The notes under the pieces were generated by a model. It was given only the letters and a program-made list of their open reading frames with translations. It ran no database searches and had not been told where the DNA came from. The position numbers were made by a program, and so were the translations under genes. From positions 752,830-816,829 of the forward strand of contig CBDCNQ010000002.1 of assembly GCA_965219445.1 (NCBI GenBank): a DNA stretch of 64,000 nucleotides, given 5' to 3'. The first letter of the stretch is position 1; the number at the start of each line of letters is the position of its first letter. Below, piece by piece: positions 27,273 through 36,640 of this stretch. The stretch comes from Longimicrobiales bacterium. GTDB taxonomy: Bacteria; Gemmatimonadota; Gemmatimonadetes; Longimicrobiales; Gaopeijiaceae.

Positions 27273-28652
27273 CTAAATCCCTAACAGCCTCAGGAAGTCG
27301 TTGGACAGGGCCCAAAGCATGATCCCCATGATGACCAGGAATCCGACGTGACTCCACCTCATTCTCTGCTCCAAGGAAAGCGCCTTGCCGCGTATGGCCT
27401 CGATGCCGAGGAAAACGAGGTGGCCGCCATCCAGAATCGGAATGGGAAGCAAGTTGAGGATCGCAAGATTCACCGAAAACAGAGCCATGAAACGGAGGAA
27501 GGTCTCCATCCCGAGTTGGGCAGCCTGCCCGGACGCGGCACCGATGGTCACGATGCTCCCCACCGATCGGGGCGACACTCCACCGGTCACCAGCTGGCCG
27601 AGAAAGCCCAGGATCATCCGAGTGGTTCTCACCGTTTCGGCGTAGCCAAGCTGGACGGCCTGGGTCAGCGGGACGTCTCGATGCAGCAACTCGGGTGCGG
27701 GGCCGATCCCGACCTTTCCCACGCTACGGCTCTCGCCGGTCACCGGATCGTCTTCGGTTTCAGCTTCCGGCGTCACATAGCGCGTGAGGGGCCGGCCGTC
27801 ACGCTCCAAGGAAAGCTCCGTCCGAATACCCGGCCGTGCTTCGACGACATCCACGAAGTCGTACCAGCTGGTCATCGGCACGCCACCCGCGAGCAGCACC
27901 CGATCACCCGTCTCTAGCCCTCCCCTGTCCGCGGGCAACCCCGGGATCACGGTGCCCAACTCCGCATTCAGCCAGGGTGACAACCCCAGAAGGATCCGGC
28001 TCCTCGCTTGCGGGTCCGAAGAGACATCGATCTCGATCTCCACTCGGGGCTCGGCGGTGACAATCCTAAGCGAACCGGCTGGTGCCTCCAGGATGCCGTC
28101 TCGGACATCGCCCCAATGCTCTACCTGCCGTTCTCCGACCGTGATGAAGCGAGCTCCAGCGGGCAACTCGGCAAGCGCCTCCGCGCCGGGAGGCAGCAGC
28201 TCGGGCTGAACCCGGGCGATCCGAGTCTCGGCGAGTTCCTGTAGGCCCCACGCCGCGTTGACGCCGGTGTACGCAACGAACGCGAATAGCATGTTCATGA
28301 TCACTCCCGCGGAAATCACGAACGTCCTGGCCCATATGGGTTTGCCGTCGAAATCACTCGGCCGGGGTTTACGAGGCTCATGGGCCGCCTCTCCCTCGGT
28401 CTTTCCCTCTGCCCCTCCCTCGAGCCGCTCCGTCACCTCGTCGTCCATCCCACCCATCTTCACGTATCCGCCGAGCGGTATCCAGCTTATCACGTACTCG
28501 GTTTCGCCTCTCTGAAAGCCGAAAATCGTCGGCCCCAACCCGATTGAGAAGCGCTGCACCTCGATGCCTACAGACTTCGCCGCGAAGAAGTGGCCGAGTT
28601 CATGGACGAAAATGAGGACGCCAAGGAGGACGATCGTCGCAAGAATCGTCAT
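27273..28652 (-). CDS. rseP: Site-2 intramembrane metalloprotease RseP
   Basis: HELGH, PLGGYVKM, PDZ region, NLLPIPILDGG. Confidence 0.96.
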   Translation of the reverse strand: MTILATIVLLGVLIFVHELGHFFAAKSVGIEVQRFSIGLGPTIFGFQRGETEYVISWIPLGGYVKMGGMDDEVTERLEGGAEGKTEGEAAHEPRKPRPSDFDGKPIWARTFVISAGVIMNMLFAFVAYTGVNAAWGLQELAETRIARVQPELLPPGAEALAELPAGARFITVGERQVEHWGDVRDGILEAPAGSLRIVTAEPRVEIEIDVSSDPQARSRILLGLSPWLNAELGTVIPGLPADRGGLETGDRVLLAGGVPMTSWYDFVDVVEARPGIRTELSLERDGRPLTRYVTPEAETEDDPVTGESRSVGKVGIGPAPELLHRDVPLTQAVQLGYAETVRTTRMILGFLGQLVTGGVSPRSVGSIVTIGAASGQAAQLGMETFLRFMALFSVNLAILNLLPIPILDGGHLVFLGIEAIRGKALSLEQRMRWSHVGFLVIMGIMLWALSNDFLRLLGI

Positions 28653-28738
28653 AGGGCCTCCGATATCCCTCTCGAGGGGCGGCCGCAGCCACCAACCCGC
28701 TCCATGCTTTTCACCTGACCTTCCTTTTTATCCGTGTC

Positions 28739-29911
28739 TCAGCCACTCGCCAGCGACCGATGTGAGCTTACGAACTCACTGGCCGTGATTCGGGCGAGCT
28801 TATCTGACTCCAGTACGTCATCCACCGTCTCCACGTTCCGTTTCGGGATCGTCTCCAGGGCATGCCCCACCACTTCCGGCATCTCGACAAATCGGATGTC
28901 CCGCGAGAGAAAGGCCTGCACTGCGACTTCGTTCGCGGCGTTGAAGACAGCAGGCGCGTTGCCTCCACGGATTCCCGCTTCGACTCCGAGGGCGAAGAGC
29001 GCGAAGCGATCCCGATCGATCTCCTCGAACGTCAGCGGCGAAGACCGAATCGGATCGAACGTCCTGAGCGAAGCATCCGCGAGACGCTCCGGATGGGACA
29101 GCGCATACAGGATTGGCAATTCCATCGTCGGGAATCCGAGTTGCGCGAGCACCGAGCCGTCTGTGAACTCCACAAAGGAGTGAACGATGGACTGGGGATG
29201 TACGATGGCCTCGATTTTTTCGTAGTCGATGCCGTAGAGAAAATGTGCCTCGATGACTTCCAATGCTTTGTTGGCCAGAGTGGCCGAGTCGACCGTGATC
29301 TTCGCGCCCATATCCCACGTCGGGTGGCGGAGCGCGTCTTCCGGCTCGACGCCCTCTAGCTCTCGCTGCTCGAGCCCGCGAAAAGGTCCGCCGGAGGCCG
29401 TCAGCACCAGACGTGCCACAGACTCGCGGTCTTGACCCTCCAGACACTGGAGAATGGCCGAGTGCTCGCTGTCGATCGGGATCAGCTCCCCGCCGCCCTC
29501 ACGGGCCGCTTCGATCACGAGCGGCCCTCCCGCCACGAGCGACTCTTTGTTTGCCAAGGCCAGCCGCTTGCCGGCGCGGAGCGCCGCCAGAGTCGCCTCT
29601 AGACCCGCGGACCCGACGATGGCGTTGACCACCACATCGACATTCGCATCCTCAACGACTTCCAGCACCGCGGCGTGCCCGCTTCTCCACTCTGCCGTGG
29701 GAAGGTTGTCCAGGCCGTTCAGGGCCTCCGGGTCGGCGATCACAGCGACAGGTACGCTGTGTTCGACCACCTGAGCCGCGACATCAGCCACGGAGCTGCG
29801 CGCACAAAGCGCTACGACTTGAAAACGATCGGCATGGCGAGCAATCACCGACAGCGTGGCCCGGCCAATGGAACCGGGCGACCCGAGTATGGCGACCCTG
29901 GTCAAAGCCAT
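28739..29911 (-). CDS. dxr: 1-deoxy-D-xylulose-5-phosphate reductoisomerase
   Basis: ILGSPGSIG, LANKESLV, DSEHSA, WDMGAKITVDSATLANKALEVIEAH; likely start ATG 29911. Confidence 0.96.
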   Translation of the reverse strand: MALTRVAILGSPGSIGRATLSVIARHADRFQVVALCARSSVADVAAQVVEHSVPVAVIADPEALNGLDNLPTAEWRSGHAAVLEVVEDANVDVVVNAIVGSAGLEATLAALRAGKRLALANKESLVAGGPLVIEAAREGGGELIPIDSEHSAILQCLEGQDRESVARLVLTASGGPFRGLEQRELEGVEPEDALRHPTWDMGAKITVDSATLANKALEVIEAHFLYGIDYEKIEAIVHPQSIVHSFVEFTDGSVLAQLGFPTMELPILYALSHPERLADASLRTFDPIRSSPLTFEEIDRDRFALFALGVEAGIRGGNAPAVFNAANEVAVQAFLSRDIRFVEMPEVVGHALETIPKRNVETVDDVLESDKLARITASEFVSSHRSLASG

Positions 29912-30774
29912 GGACGGATCAGGAGGAGGAGGGCATAGGTGAGCGGCACGGTGAAGAAAAGTGCATCCAAGCGATCGAGGACACCCCCATGGCCGGGGAG
30001 CAAACGGCCCGAGTCCTTCACCCCCGCATTGCGTTTGATCACCGATTCGGCGAGGTCGCCGACTTGTCCCGTAATGGCGATCGGAAGACTCAACGCCGCG
30101 CCTACCGGCCAAGAGAGGGCGAACTCGGGGACTTCCGAGAGCCAGAGCCGCGCGAACACGCCCCCAGCCAAGATAGAGCCCAGCAGCCCACCGATCGCCC
30201 CGACGACCGTCTTGTTCGGACTCACGGCCTCGATGAGCTTGGTCCTGCCCCAACGGGATCCGGAGCCATAGGCGAAGGTGTCGCCCCACCAGGTCACCCA
30301 GATGGGGAAAATGAGCAGCGCAGCACCGTGGAAAGCGCTCGCTCCATTGGAGACTTGCTCGGGAAGCGCCCGAAGTAGGACCCAGAACGACAGCGCTCCC
30401 CCGGTGTACAGGGCGCCCATGATCGTCCGGGACGCAGCGTCCAGCGGGCGGCCATCGGGCCAGCGAAGCCAGAGCGAGAGGGCGAGCGCCAACAGCGCGG
30501 TCCCCAGGACCAGCGCGAACGCCCAGGGAGCGAAGTCTCGATAGACGGAGTGGATCACCGCTATTAGTGGAAGCGCCCCGGCGAGCGTAACTCCCAGCCA
30601 CCCGAACGCAGCCGTTTCGTCGGGTTTCAAACTGTAATACTCCCGAGCTCCCAGGGCCCCCGCTCCAGCCATGAGGATCCCGAGAGGCCATCCACCCCGA
30701 TAGATGATGAACGCCGCCAGGGGAATCCCGACGACGGCGACCGTCAGCCGGCTGCCTAGCTCTCCCCTCGGCAT
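29902..30774 (-). CDS. cdsA: Phosphatidate cytidylyltransferase
   Basis: DTFAY, VSPNKTVVG, GDLAESVIKRNAGVKDSG...PGHGGVLDRLD. Confidence 0.96.
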   Translation of the reverse strand: MPRGELGSRLTVAVVGIPLAAFIIYRGGWPLGILMAGAGALGAREYYSLKPDETAAFGWLGVTLAGALPLIAVIHSVYRDFAPWAFALVLGTALLALALSLWLRWPDGRPLDAASRTIMGALYTGGALSFWVLLRALPEQVSNGASAFHGAALLIFPIWVTWWGDTFAYGSGSRWGRTKLIEAVSPNKTVVGAIGGLLGSILAGGVFARLWLSEVPEFALSWPVGAALSLPIAITGQVGDLAESVIKRNAGVKDSGRLLPGHGGVLDRLDALFFTVPLTYALLLLIRPWL

Positions 30775-30783
30775 TCTGCGGTC

Positions 30784-31530
30784 CTACCCAACCGTCACAC
30801 GACCAAATCGACGATCGCGTTCTTGGAAATCCAAGACGGCCCGGAACAGGTCCTCTCTCGAAAAATCGGGCCATAGGACCGCAGCGATGTACAGTTCGGT
30901 GTACGCCACCTGCCAGAGCATGAAGTTGGAGAGACGGAATTCGTCCGAGGTGCGAATCAGGAGATCGGGATCCGGAAGGCCCCTGGTGAACAGGGACGCC
31001 TCGAAAGTGGCTTCATCGAACTCCTCCGGTAGGAGGTCCCCGGAAGCCACCCGCTCGATCATCTGCTTGCAGGCTCTCAGAATCTCCTCCCGTCCCGAAT
31101 AGGAGATCATGAGATTGAGACGCAAGTGTATCCCCCCGGCGGTCTCGGACGTGATGAAGTCCACCGACCTTCTCGTGGCCGCGTCGAGGGCATCCACGTC
31201 TCCCAACACATGAACCTCGCAGCCCTGCTCCTTGAGCCTACGGGTCTCCTTGGACACGTAGCGACGGAGCAAACTCATCAGCGCAAGCACTTCGGAGCGA
31301 GACCGCTGCCAGTTCTCGGTAGAAAACGCGAACAGCGTCAGGATCTCGATGCCGGCGTCGAGGGCGCCCTCGACCGACTCACGGACAGCTTCCATGCCCC
31401 GCTGGTGACCCACGGCACGCGGGAGGCCCCGCTGCTTAGCCCAGCGGCCGTTACCGTCCATGATGATTGCTACGTGACGCGGAATTTGCCCGTTTAGGCG
31501 GATTCTTTGCAGTAATTCCGAAGACGTCAT
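30784..31530 (-). CDS. uppS: Undecaprenyl diphosphate synthase
   Basis: HVAIIMDGNGRWA, FSTENWQR, PDLLIRTSDEFRLSNFMLWQ. Confidence 0.96.
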   Translation of the reverse strand: MTSSELLQRIRLNGQIPRHVAIIMDGNGRWAKQRGLPRAVGHQRGMEAVRESVEGALDAGIEILTLFAFSTENWQRSRSEVLALMSLLRRYVSKETRRLKEQGCEVHVLGDVDALDAATRRSVDFITSETAGGIHLRLNLMISYSGREEILRACKQMIERVASGDLLPEEFDEATFEASLFTRGLPDPDLLIRTSDEFRLSNFMLWQVAYTELYIAAVLWPDFSREDLFRAVLDFQERDRRFGRVTVG

Positions 31531-31575
31531 AGTGACAACCGAGCCAGCCTAGTTGCGGCGAGAGATCGCCAGCAG

Positions 31576-32124
31576 CTAGAGGGCCATCACCTCCTTCTCT
31601 TTGTTCTCGAGCATCTCATCGATCCGTTTCGAGCAGGCGTCCGTCCGTTTCTGAATTTCATCCAGTTGACGGTGACCCTCATCCTCGCCGATCTCATGCT
31701 CTTTAATGGCCTGTTTCACCTCGTCGTTTCCGACCTTCCGCGCATGGCGCAGTGAAACCTTGCCGTCCTCCGCCATTTGGTGCAGGATCTTCACGAATTC
31801 CTTCCGGCGTTCCTCGTTCAAGGGGGGGACCGGAATCCGGATGATATTTCCGTCGTTCGCGGGATTGAAACCGAGATCCGCCATCAAAATGGCGCGCTCG
31901 ATGTCGGGCAAGAGCGTCTTGTCGAAGGGCTGGACGACCAAGAGCGATGCCTCCGGCGTGCCGACGGTGGCCACCTGATTCAACGGCATCTTGGACCCAT
32001 AGGCATCGACCTTGACGGTATCGAGCAACGCCGGCGTGGCCTTACCCGTGCGCACCGTCGAGAACTCCCGACGCACAGCGTCGACCGCCTCTTCCATCCG
32101 TACGTCGGCTTCATCCAACGGCAT
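31576..32124 (-). CDS. frr: Ribosome recycling factor
   Basis: VRTGKATPALLD...NPANDG...PPLNEERRKE. Confidence 0.97.
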   Translation of the reverse strand: MPLDEADVRMEEAVDAVRREFSTVRTGKATPALLDTVKVDAYGSKMPLNQVATVGTPEASLLVVQPFDKTLLPDIERAILMADLGFNPANDGNIIRIPVPPLNEERRKEFVKILHQMAEDGKVSLRHARKVGNDEVKQAIKEHEIGEDEGHRQLDEIQKRTDACSKRIDEMLENKEKEVMAL

Positions 32125-32177
32125 GACTACCCCATCGCATCAGGTTGACCTCCGGATCGGGACGCCGCGGGGGAGGC

Positions 32178-32918
32178 TCATGATACCAATGTGCCGACCC
32201 GATCTCCCCGAATGGCGGCCGAAACAGCCCCCTGATCCTCGAGATTGAGGACGATTATCGGAAGGTCGTTTTCCCGGCAAAGAGAAACGGCCGCGGCATC
32301 CATGACAGCCAGCTCCCGCTGCACAACCTCTTGAAAAGTAATGGACGGGATGAACTCTGCCGAGGGGTCCTGCGTAGGGTCTGCACTGTAAACCCCCTTG
32401 ACTTTCGTGGCTTTGATGACGACCTGAGAGCCCATTTCGATCGCTCTCAGCGCCGCAGCCGTATCGGTCGAAAAGTACGGATTTCCGGTCCCTCCAGCGA
32501 AGAGCACGACCCTTCCCTTCTCCATATGCCGCAGAGCCCGCCGCCGGATATAGGGCTCCGCGACCTCCTCCATACGGATCGCAGTCATGACCCGCGTCGC
32601 AACCTTCTTGTGCTCGAGCAAATCCTGGACCGCTAGAGCGTTGATAACGGTAGCCAACATCCCCATGTAATCCGCCTGGACCCTGTCCATCCCCTTCTGG
32701 CTGGCCAGCGCCCCCCGCACGATGTTGCCCCCCCCAATGACCACGCCAAGGCTAACGCCCATCTCGTGCACGGCCATTATTTCGTTCGTGAGCAAGTCCA
32801 CTACGGACGGCTCGATGCCGAACCCTTGCGTCCCGGCCAATGCTTCGCCGGACAGCTTGAGTAAGACCCTCCCGTACTTCGGATCCTTGGTCACACCCTT
32901 CCCGGTTCTCGGATTCAC
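32178..32918 (-). CDS. pyrH: UMP kinase
   Basis: [31 protein letters not shown]. Confidence 0.97.
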   Translation of the reverse strand: MNPRTGKGVTKDPKYGRVLLKLSGEALAGTQGFGIEPSVVDLLTNEIMAVHEMGVSLGVVIGGGNIVRGALASQKGMDRVQADYMGMLATVINALAVQDLLEHKKVATRVMTAIRMEEVAEPYIRRRALRHMEKGRVVLFAGGTGNPYFSTDTAAALRAIEMGSQVVIKATKVKGVYSADPTQDPSAEFIPSITFQEVVQRELAVMDAAAVSLCRENDLPIIVLNLEDQGAVSAAIRGDRVGTLVS

Positions 32919-33523
32919 TCACCCACCTTGAAACGCATAAACCGTCCAACTTCTATTTTTTCCCCGGTCTTGGCCGAAATCTCGGTGATCAACTCTCCGA
33001 CCGTCTGATCGGGATTCTTCACGAAGGGCTGTGCAAGAAGCGTGCTCTCCTTGAAGAATTTGTTGAGTTTACCCTCGACGATTTTCTCCGCGATGTTGGC
33101 AGGCTTATCCTCCTCCTTCACCTGCTCCGTATAGACTTTTCGCTCGCGCGCGACCACGTCCTCGGGAATATCCTCCGGACTTACAGAAATGGGCGCCTGA
33201 GACGCGATGTGCAACGCGACGTCCTTGGCCAACCCCTGGAAATCGTCAGTCTTGGCTACGAAATGGGTCTCGCAGTTCAACTCGACGAGGACCGCAGTCC
33301 GGTTATCAAAGTGGACGTACGATCCGATCGTACCCTCGTTGGCCGACTTCTCCGCGCGCTTCGCGGCCTTCGCCGCTCCCTTCGCCCTCAACAAGTCGAT
33401 GGCCGCTTCTATGTCCCCATCGGTCTCGGTCAAGGCCCTCTTGCAATCCATCATGCCGGCACCGGTACGGTCCCGGAGGGCCTTCACGTCTTTTGCAGAA
33501 ATCGACATCGTGTTGTCCGTCAC
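32915..33523 (-). CDS. tsf: Elongation factor Ts (short, about 200 aa form)
   Basis: [25 protein letters not shown](H)FVA, KIVEGKL. Confidence 0.96.
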   Translation of the reverse strand: MTDNTMSISAKDVKALRDRTGAGMMDCKRALTETDGDIEAAIDLLRAKGAAKAAKRAEKSANEGTIGSYVHFDNRTAVLVELNCETHFVAKTDDFQGLAKDVALHIASQAPISVSPEDIPEDVVARERKVYTEQVKEEDKPANIAEKIVEGKLNKFFKESTLLAQPFVKNPDQTVGELITEISAKTGEKIEVGRFMRFKVGE

Positions 33524-33549
33524 TCACTCAGTTTGATGGGTCCACCTAC

Positions 33550-33583
33550 AAAAAAAAGGCGGGAGCCCGCAACTGCTCCGCCT
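33550..33583 (-). terminator. Intrinsic terminator between rpsB and tsf
   Basis: Minus strand AGGCGGAGC-loop-GCUCCCGCCU running into a run of 8 U. Confidence 0.75.
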
Positions 33584-33631
33584 CTCTCCGCCCCCACCGC
33601 GGGGGCGTGAACACTGCGGTCGCCAGGATCC

Positions 33632-34576
33632 CTATTCGACCTCCCCGGCTACAGCATCGGCCACTTCCTCTGCCTCTGCCGGCTCATCGGAAGAGCCCTC
33701 CACCTTCTCGTCCTCCGTCGGCAGCTCTGAGGGTGCAGTCCCGCCAAGTTTTTCGAGGACCTCGGGCCGAGGCACTCGCTTCCTCCGCGGAGCCGCCGCC
33801 CGATTCGGGGTCTCGGTCACCTCGCCGGTTTCAGTCGAGTACGTCGTGGCCTGGGCATCCTGCATTTTCCGCTTCTGCTCTTCCGGTACCTGCGCGCTGG
33901 CCTCTCGAACCGACTGGGCGATCGCCTGGGTGATTAGCCCAACCGAGCGGATCGCATCGTCGTTGCCGGGAACCGGGTAGTCTACCAGATCGGGATTCGC
34001 GTTGGTGTCCGTGATAGCGATGACGGGGATGCCGAGACGGGCCGCCTCGTGAACAGCGATCTGCTCGCGCTTCACGTCGACGATGAAGACCGCCCCCGGA
34101 AGACGGGTCATGTCCTTTACGCCCGACAGATACTTGTTGAGCTTCAGCCGCTCGCGGTCCAGTAGAAGCCGCTCCTTCTTCGTATAGAACTCGAAGGCGC
34201 TCTCTTCCTGTCCCCGCTCCAACTCCTTGAGCCGGCGGATCTGCTTCCGGATGGTCTGGAAGTTTGTGAGCATGCCACCGAGCCAACGCTCGGTAACGTA
34301 GAGGGCGCCGCAGCGGTCCGCCTCCTGCTCGATGATCGATCGGAGCTGTCGTTTGGTACACACGAACAGGACTCGCTCGCCCGCGAGCACCGCCTCCCGC
34401 ACAGCTTCCCGCGCAGCGAGAAGCCGGTCGAGCGTCTTACGCAGGTCGATGATGTGGATCCCGTTGCGTTCCGTGAAGATGAACTTCTTCATCTTCGGGT
34501 TCCAACGGCGAGTCTGGTGCCCGAAATGGACTCCAGCCTCGAGAAGATCACTCAGTCCCACCTGCTGTTCCTGCAT
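33632..34576 (-). CDS. rpsB: 30S ribosomal protein S2
   Basis: LLEAGVHFGHQTRRWNPKM, RWLGGMLTNF, PGNDDAIRS; acidic C-terminal extension. Confidence 0.99.
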   Translation of the reverse strand: MQEQQVGLSDLLEAGVHFGHQTRRWNPKMKKFIFTERNGIHIIDLRKTLDRLLAAREAVREAVLAGERVLFVCTKRQLRSIIEQEADRCGALYVTERWLGGMLTNFQTIRKQIRRLKELERGQEESAFEFYTKKERLLLDRERLKLNKYLSGVKDMTRLPGAVFIVDVKREQIAVHEAARLGIPVIAITDTNANPDLVDYPVPGNDDAIRSVGLITQAIAQSVREASAQVPEEQKRKMQDAQATTYSTETGEVTETPNRAAAPRRKRVPRPEVLEKLGGTAPSELPTEDEKVEGSSDEPAEAEEVADAVAGEVE

Positions 34577-34597
34577 GAATATCCTTGTCTCGGGTGC

Positions 34598-34990
34598 TTA
34601 ACGCTTGGAGAATTGGAACCGTTTGCGCGCCTTGGGGCGACCCGGCTTCTTTCGTTCGACCTTCCTTGAATCCCGGGTCAGAAATCCACCGGCGCGCATT
34701 ACGGGACGTAGATCTTCGTCATGCTCTACGAGCGCCCTCGCCAGTCCCATGCGAACGGCATCCGCCTGGCCGGTCGGACCACCACCACGGACACGGACAC
34801 GGACATCGAATTGTCCGTCCAGTTCCGCCGCCTGGAGCGGCTGCCAGATCCTTTGCTGGTGGGTGGGGCGGGGAAAGTAGTCCTCGAGGGGCCGGGTGTT
34901 GACCGACCACTCACCCTTGCCGGGCTGGAGGTTGACGCGGGCCACAGCAGTCTTTCGCCGGCCCACGGTCTGAATATGTGTTTTCGCCAT
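34598..34990 (-). CDS. rpsI: 30S ribosomal protein S9
   Basis: GRRKTAVARV...GFLTRDSRKVERKKPG...QFSKR. Confidence 0.99.
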   Translation of the reverse strand: MAKTHIQTVGRRKTAVARVNLQPGKGEWSVNTRPLEDYFPRPTHQQRIWQPLQAAELDGQFDVRVRVRGGGPTGQADAVRMGLARALVEHDEDLRPVMRAGGFLTRDSRKVERKKPGRPKARKRFQFSKR

Positions 34991-35013
34991 AGATTCCTGT
35001 TCAGTGCCTACTC

Positions 35014-35442
35014 TTAGACGTCGAGCTCTTGCGGCTGCTGGCCCTCGTGCGGGTGAGCCGCGCCCGCGTATACCTTCAATTTCTTCCTGATGTGCCGTCC
35101 CAACTTATTCTTGGGAAGCATCCCCTTGACGGCAAGTTCCACCACACGATCAGGACGCGTTTCAATCATCTTCCGAAACGGGATATGCTTCTCGTGCCCC
35201 ATATAACCCGAGTGCACGAAGTACGTTTTCTGTTCGGCCTTGCGCCCCGTCAATGCCACTTTCTCAGCATTGATCACGACCACGTAATCCCCCACATCGA
35301 GGTGCGGTGTAAACATGGGCTTATGCTTACCCCGCAGGATCCCCGCAACCCGTGTGGCCAACCGGCCCAAGGTCTTGCCCTCGGCATCGACGAGCCACCA
35401 GCGGCGCTCGATATGGTCAACTTTCGGAGTGTAAGTCTTCAC
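35014..35442 (-). CDS. rplM: 50S ribosomal protein L13
   Basis: [15 protein letters not shown]...GKHKP...GDYVVVINA...GMLPKN. Confidence 0.99.
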   Translation of the reverse strand: MKTYTPKVDHIERRWWLVDAEGKTLGRLATRVAGILRGKHKPMFTPHLDVGDYVVVINAEKVALTGRKAEQKTYFVHSGYMGHEKHIPFRKMIETRPDRVVELAVKGMLPKNKLGRHIRKKLKVYAGAAHPHEGQQPQELDV

Positions 35443-35478
35443 GGGCCTGTCCGCACAGAGTCAAAGGTACAGCGAGAA

Positions 35479-35507
35479 ACGATAGTGGAGCCTTTTCGGG
35501 GTGTCAA
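35479..35507 (-). promoter_or_regulatory. sigma70-type promoter of the rplM operon
   Basis: TTGACA-N17-TATCGT. Confidence 0.75.
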
Positions 35508-35615
35508 CGGAGCGAAAGGACAGTATTTTCACGGGTTTTCGACCCAAGAGAGTCCGGCGGCCCTGGTCAGGAGAATCCGGCGTCTCTGGTCTGGAGAAGT
35601 GGTCGCGGTGGCCTT

Positions 35616-36467
35616 TTAGAAGAACGTCTCCAGAAAACGAGCCCGCGACGCGTGCCGCAGACGGATCAGAGCCTTTTGCTTGATCTGCCGGACCCGCTCA
35701 CGGGTGATGCCCATGAGAGCCCCGATCTCCTCTAGCGTCATGGGGTCCTGATCATCCAGGCCGAAGTACAGGCGAAGAATCTTGGCCTCCCGTTCCTTCA
35801 GGGAAGAAAGCGCTGCCTCCACGCTGTCCTTGAGGGCGTGGTCGTAGGCCTCGTCCTCGGGGCCGGGCGCGTATTGGTCCGGCAGGTAGTCGAGCAGTCG
35901 GTGGTCTTCGCCGGGCGTGATCGGAGCGTCCAGAGAGAGATGCGACTGAGAGATCGCCAGCGTGCGCTCCACCTCCATCTGGGTGATGTCCAGCTCACCC
36001 GCAATTTCCTCGACCGTAGGCTCACGGCCCAACTCCTGGAGAAGGGCCGAACTCCGGCGTCCGATTCTATGGAGGGCGCCCGCCCGATTCAGGGGGACCC
36101 TGACGATCCGACTCTGCTCTGCGAGGGCCTGCAGAATAGCCTGCCGGATCCACCATACCGCATAGCTGATAAACTTGATGCCCTTGGTCTCGTCGAACTT
36201 ATGGGCAGCGCGGATGAGGCCGAGGTTTCCCTCATTGATGAGGTCGGATAGCGGCACGCCCTGGTTCTGATACTTCTTCGCCACCGACACCACGAATCGG
36301 AGGTTCGAGCGGACCAGCTTGTCGAGCGCCTCCTCCTCCCCACGCTTGATACCCTTGGCAAGGCGTGCCTCTTCCGCCTTATCGATCAACGGATATTGGC
36401 TGATCTCTTTTAGATACTGATCGAGCGAACCTTCCCGGAAGGCACCTTTACGGGAAGTAAACCCCAT
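35616..36467 (-). CDS. RpoD/SigA-family sigma factor, short form lacking region 1.1
   Basis: LDQYLKEI (1.2), NLRFVVSVAKKY, DLINEGNLGL, SYAVWWIRQAI (2.4), TRERVRQI (4.2); 283 aa. Confidence 0.93.
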   Translation of the reverse strand: MGFTSRKGAFREGSLDQYLKEISQYPLIDKAEEARLAKGIKRGEEEALDKLVRSNLRFVVSVAKKYQNQGVPLSDLINEGNLGLIRAAHKFDETKGIKFISYAVWWIRQAILQALAEQSRIVRVPLNRAGALHRIGRRSSALLQELGREPTVEEIAGELDITQMEVERTLAISQSHLSLDAPITPGEDHRLLDYLPDQYAPGPEDEAYDHALKDSVEAALSSLKEREAKILRLYFGLDDQDPMTLEEIGALMGITRERVRQIKQKALIRLRHASRARFLETFF

Positions 36468-36537
36468 CTAACCCTCTACGTGAATCATGTGTGTGATCGC
36501 GCCTCCGGCACGGTAGGGGGGGCACCCAGCCAGAACC

Positions 36538-36565
36538 ATCATAAGGAAAGGGATCGTCGGCTCAA
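36538..36565 (-). promoter_or_regulatory. Putative promoter of the sigma factor gene
   Basis: TTGAGC-N16-TATGAT. Confidence 0.5.
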
Positions 36566-36640
36566 CAGCCGAGGGAACGGGCGCTCCGGACTGCGCATTG
36601 CTACGGCGATCGCTCAAGCGCCGAAACAGCCGGTTCGTGG

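Noticed and set aside
29912..30874. 711-aa ORF suggesting a Dxr fusion
   Set aside because: The extension is an alternative frame over cdsA with low-complexity Arg/Gly/Pro composition; Dxr starts at 29911
35895..35910. Sigma factor EDHRLL as another T-to-G base-call error
   Set aside because: The position is not conserved enough to judge without an alignment
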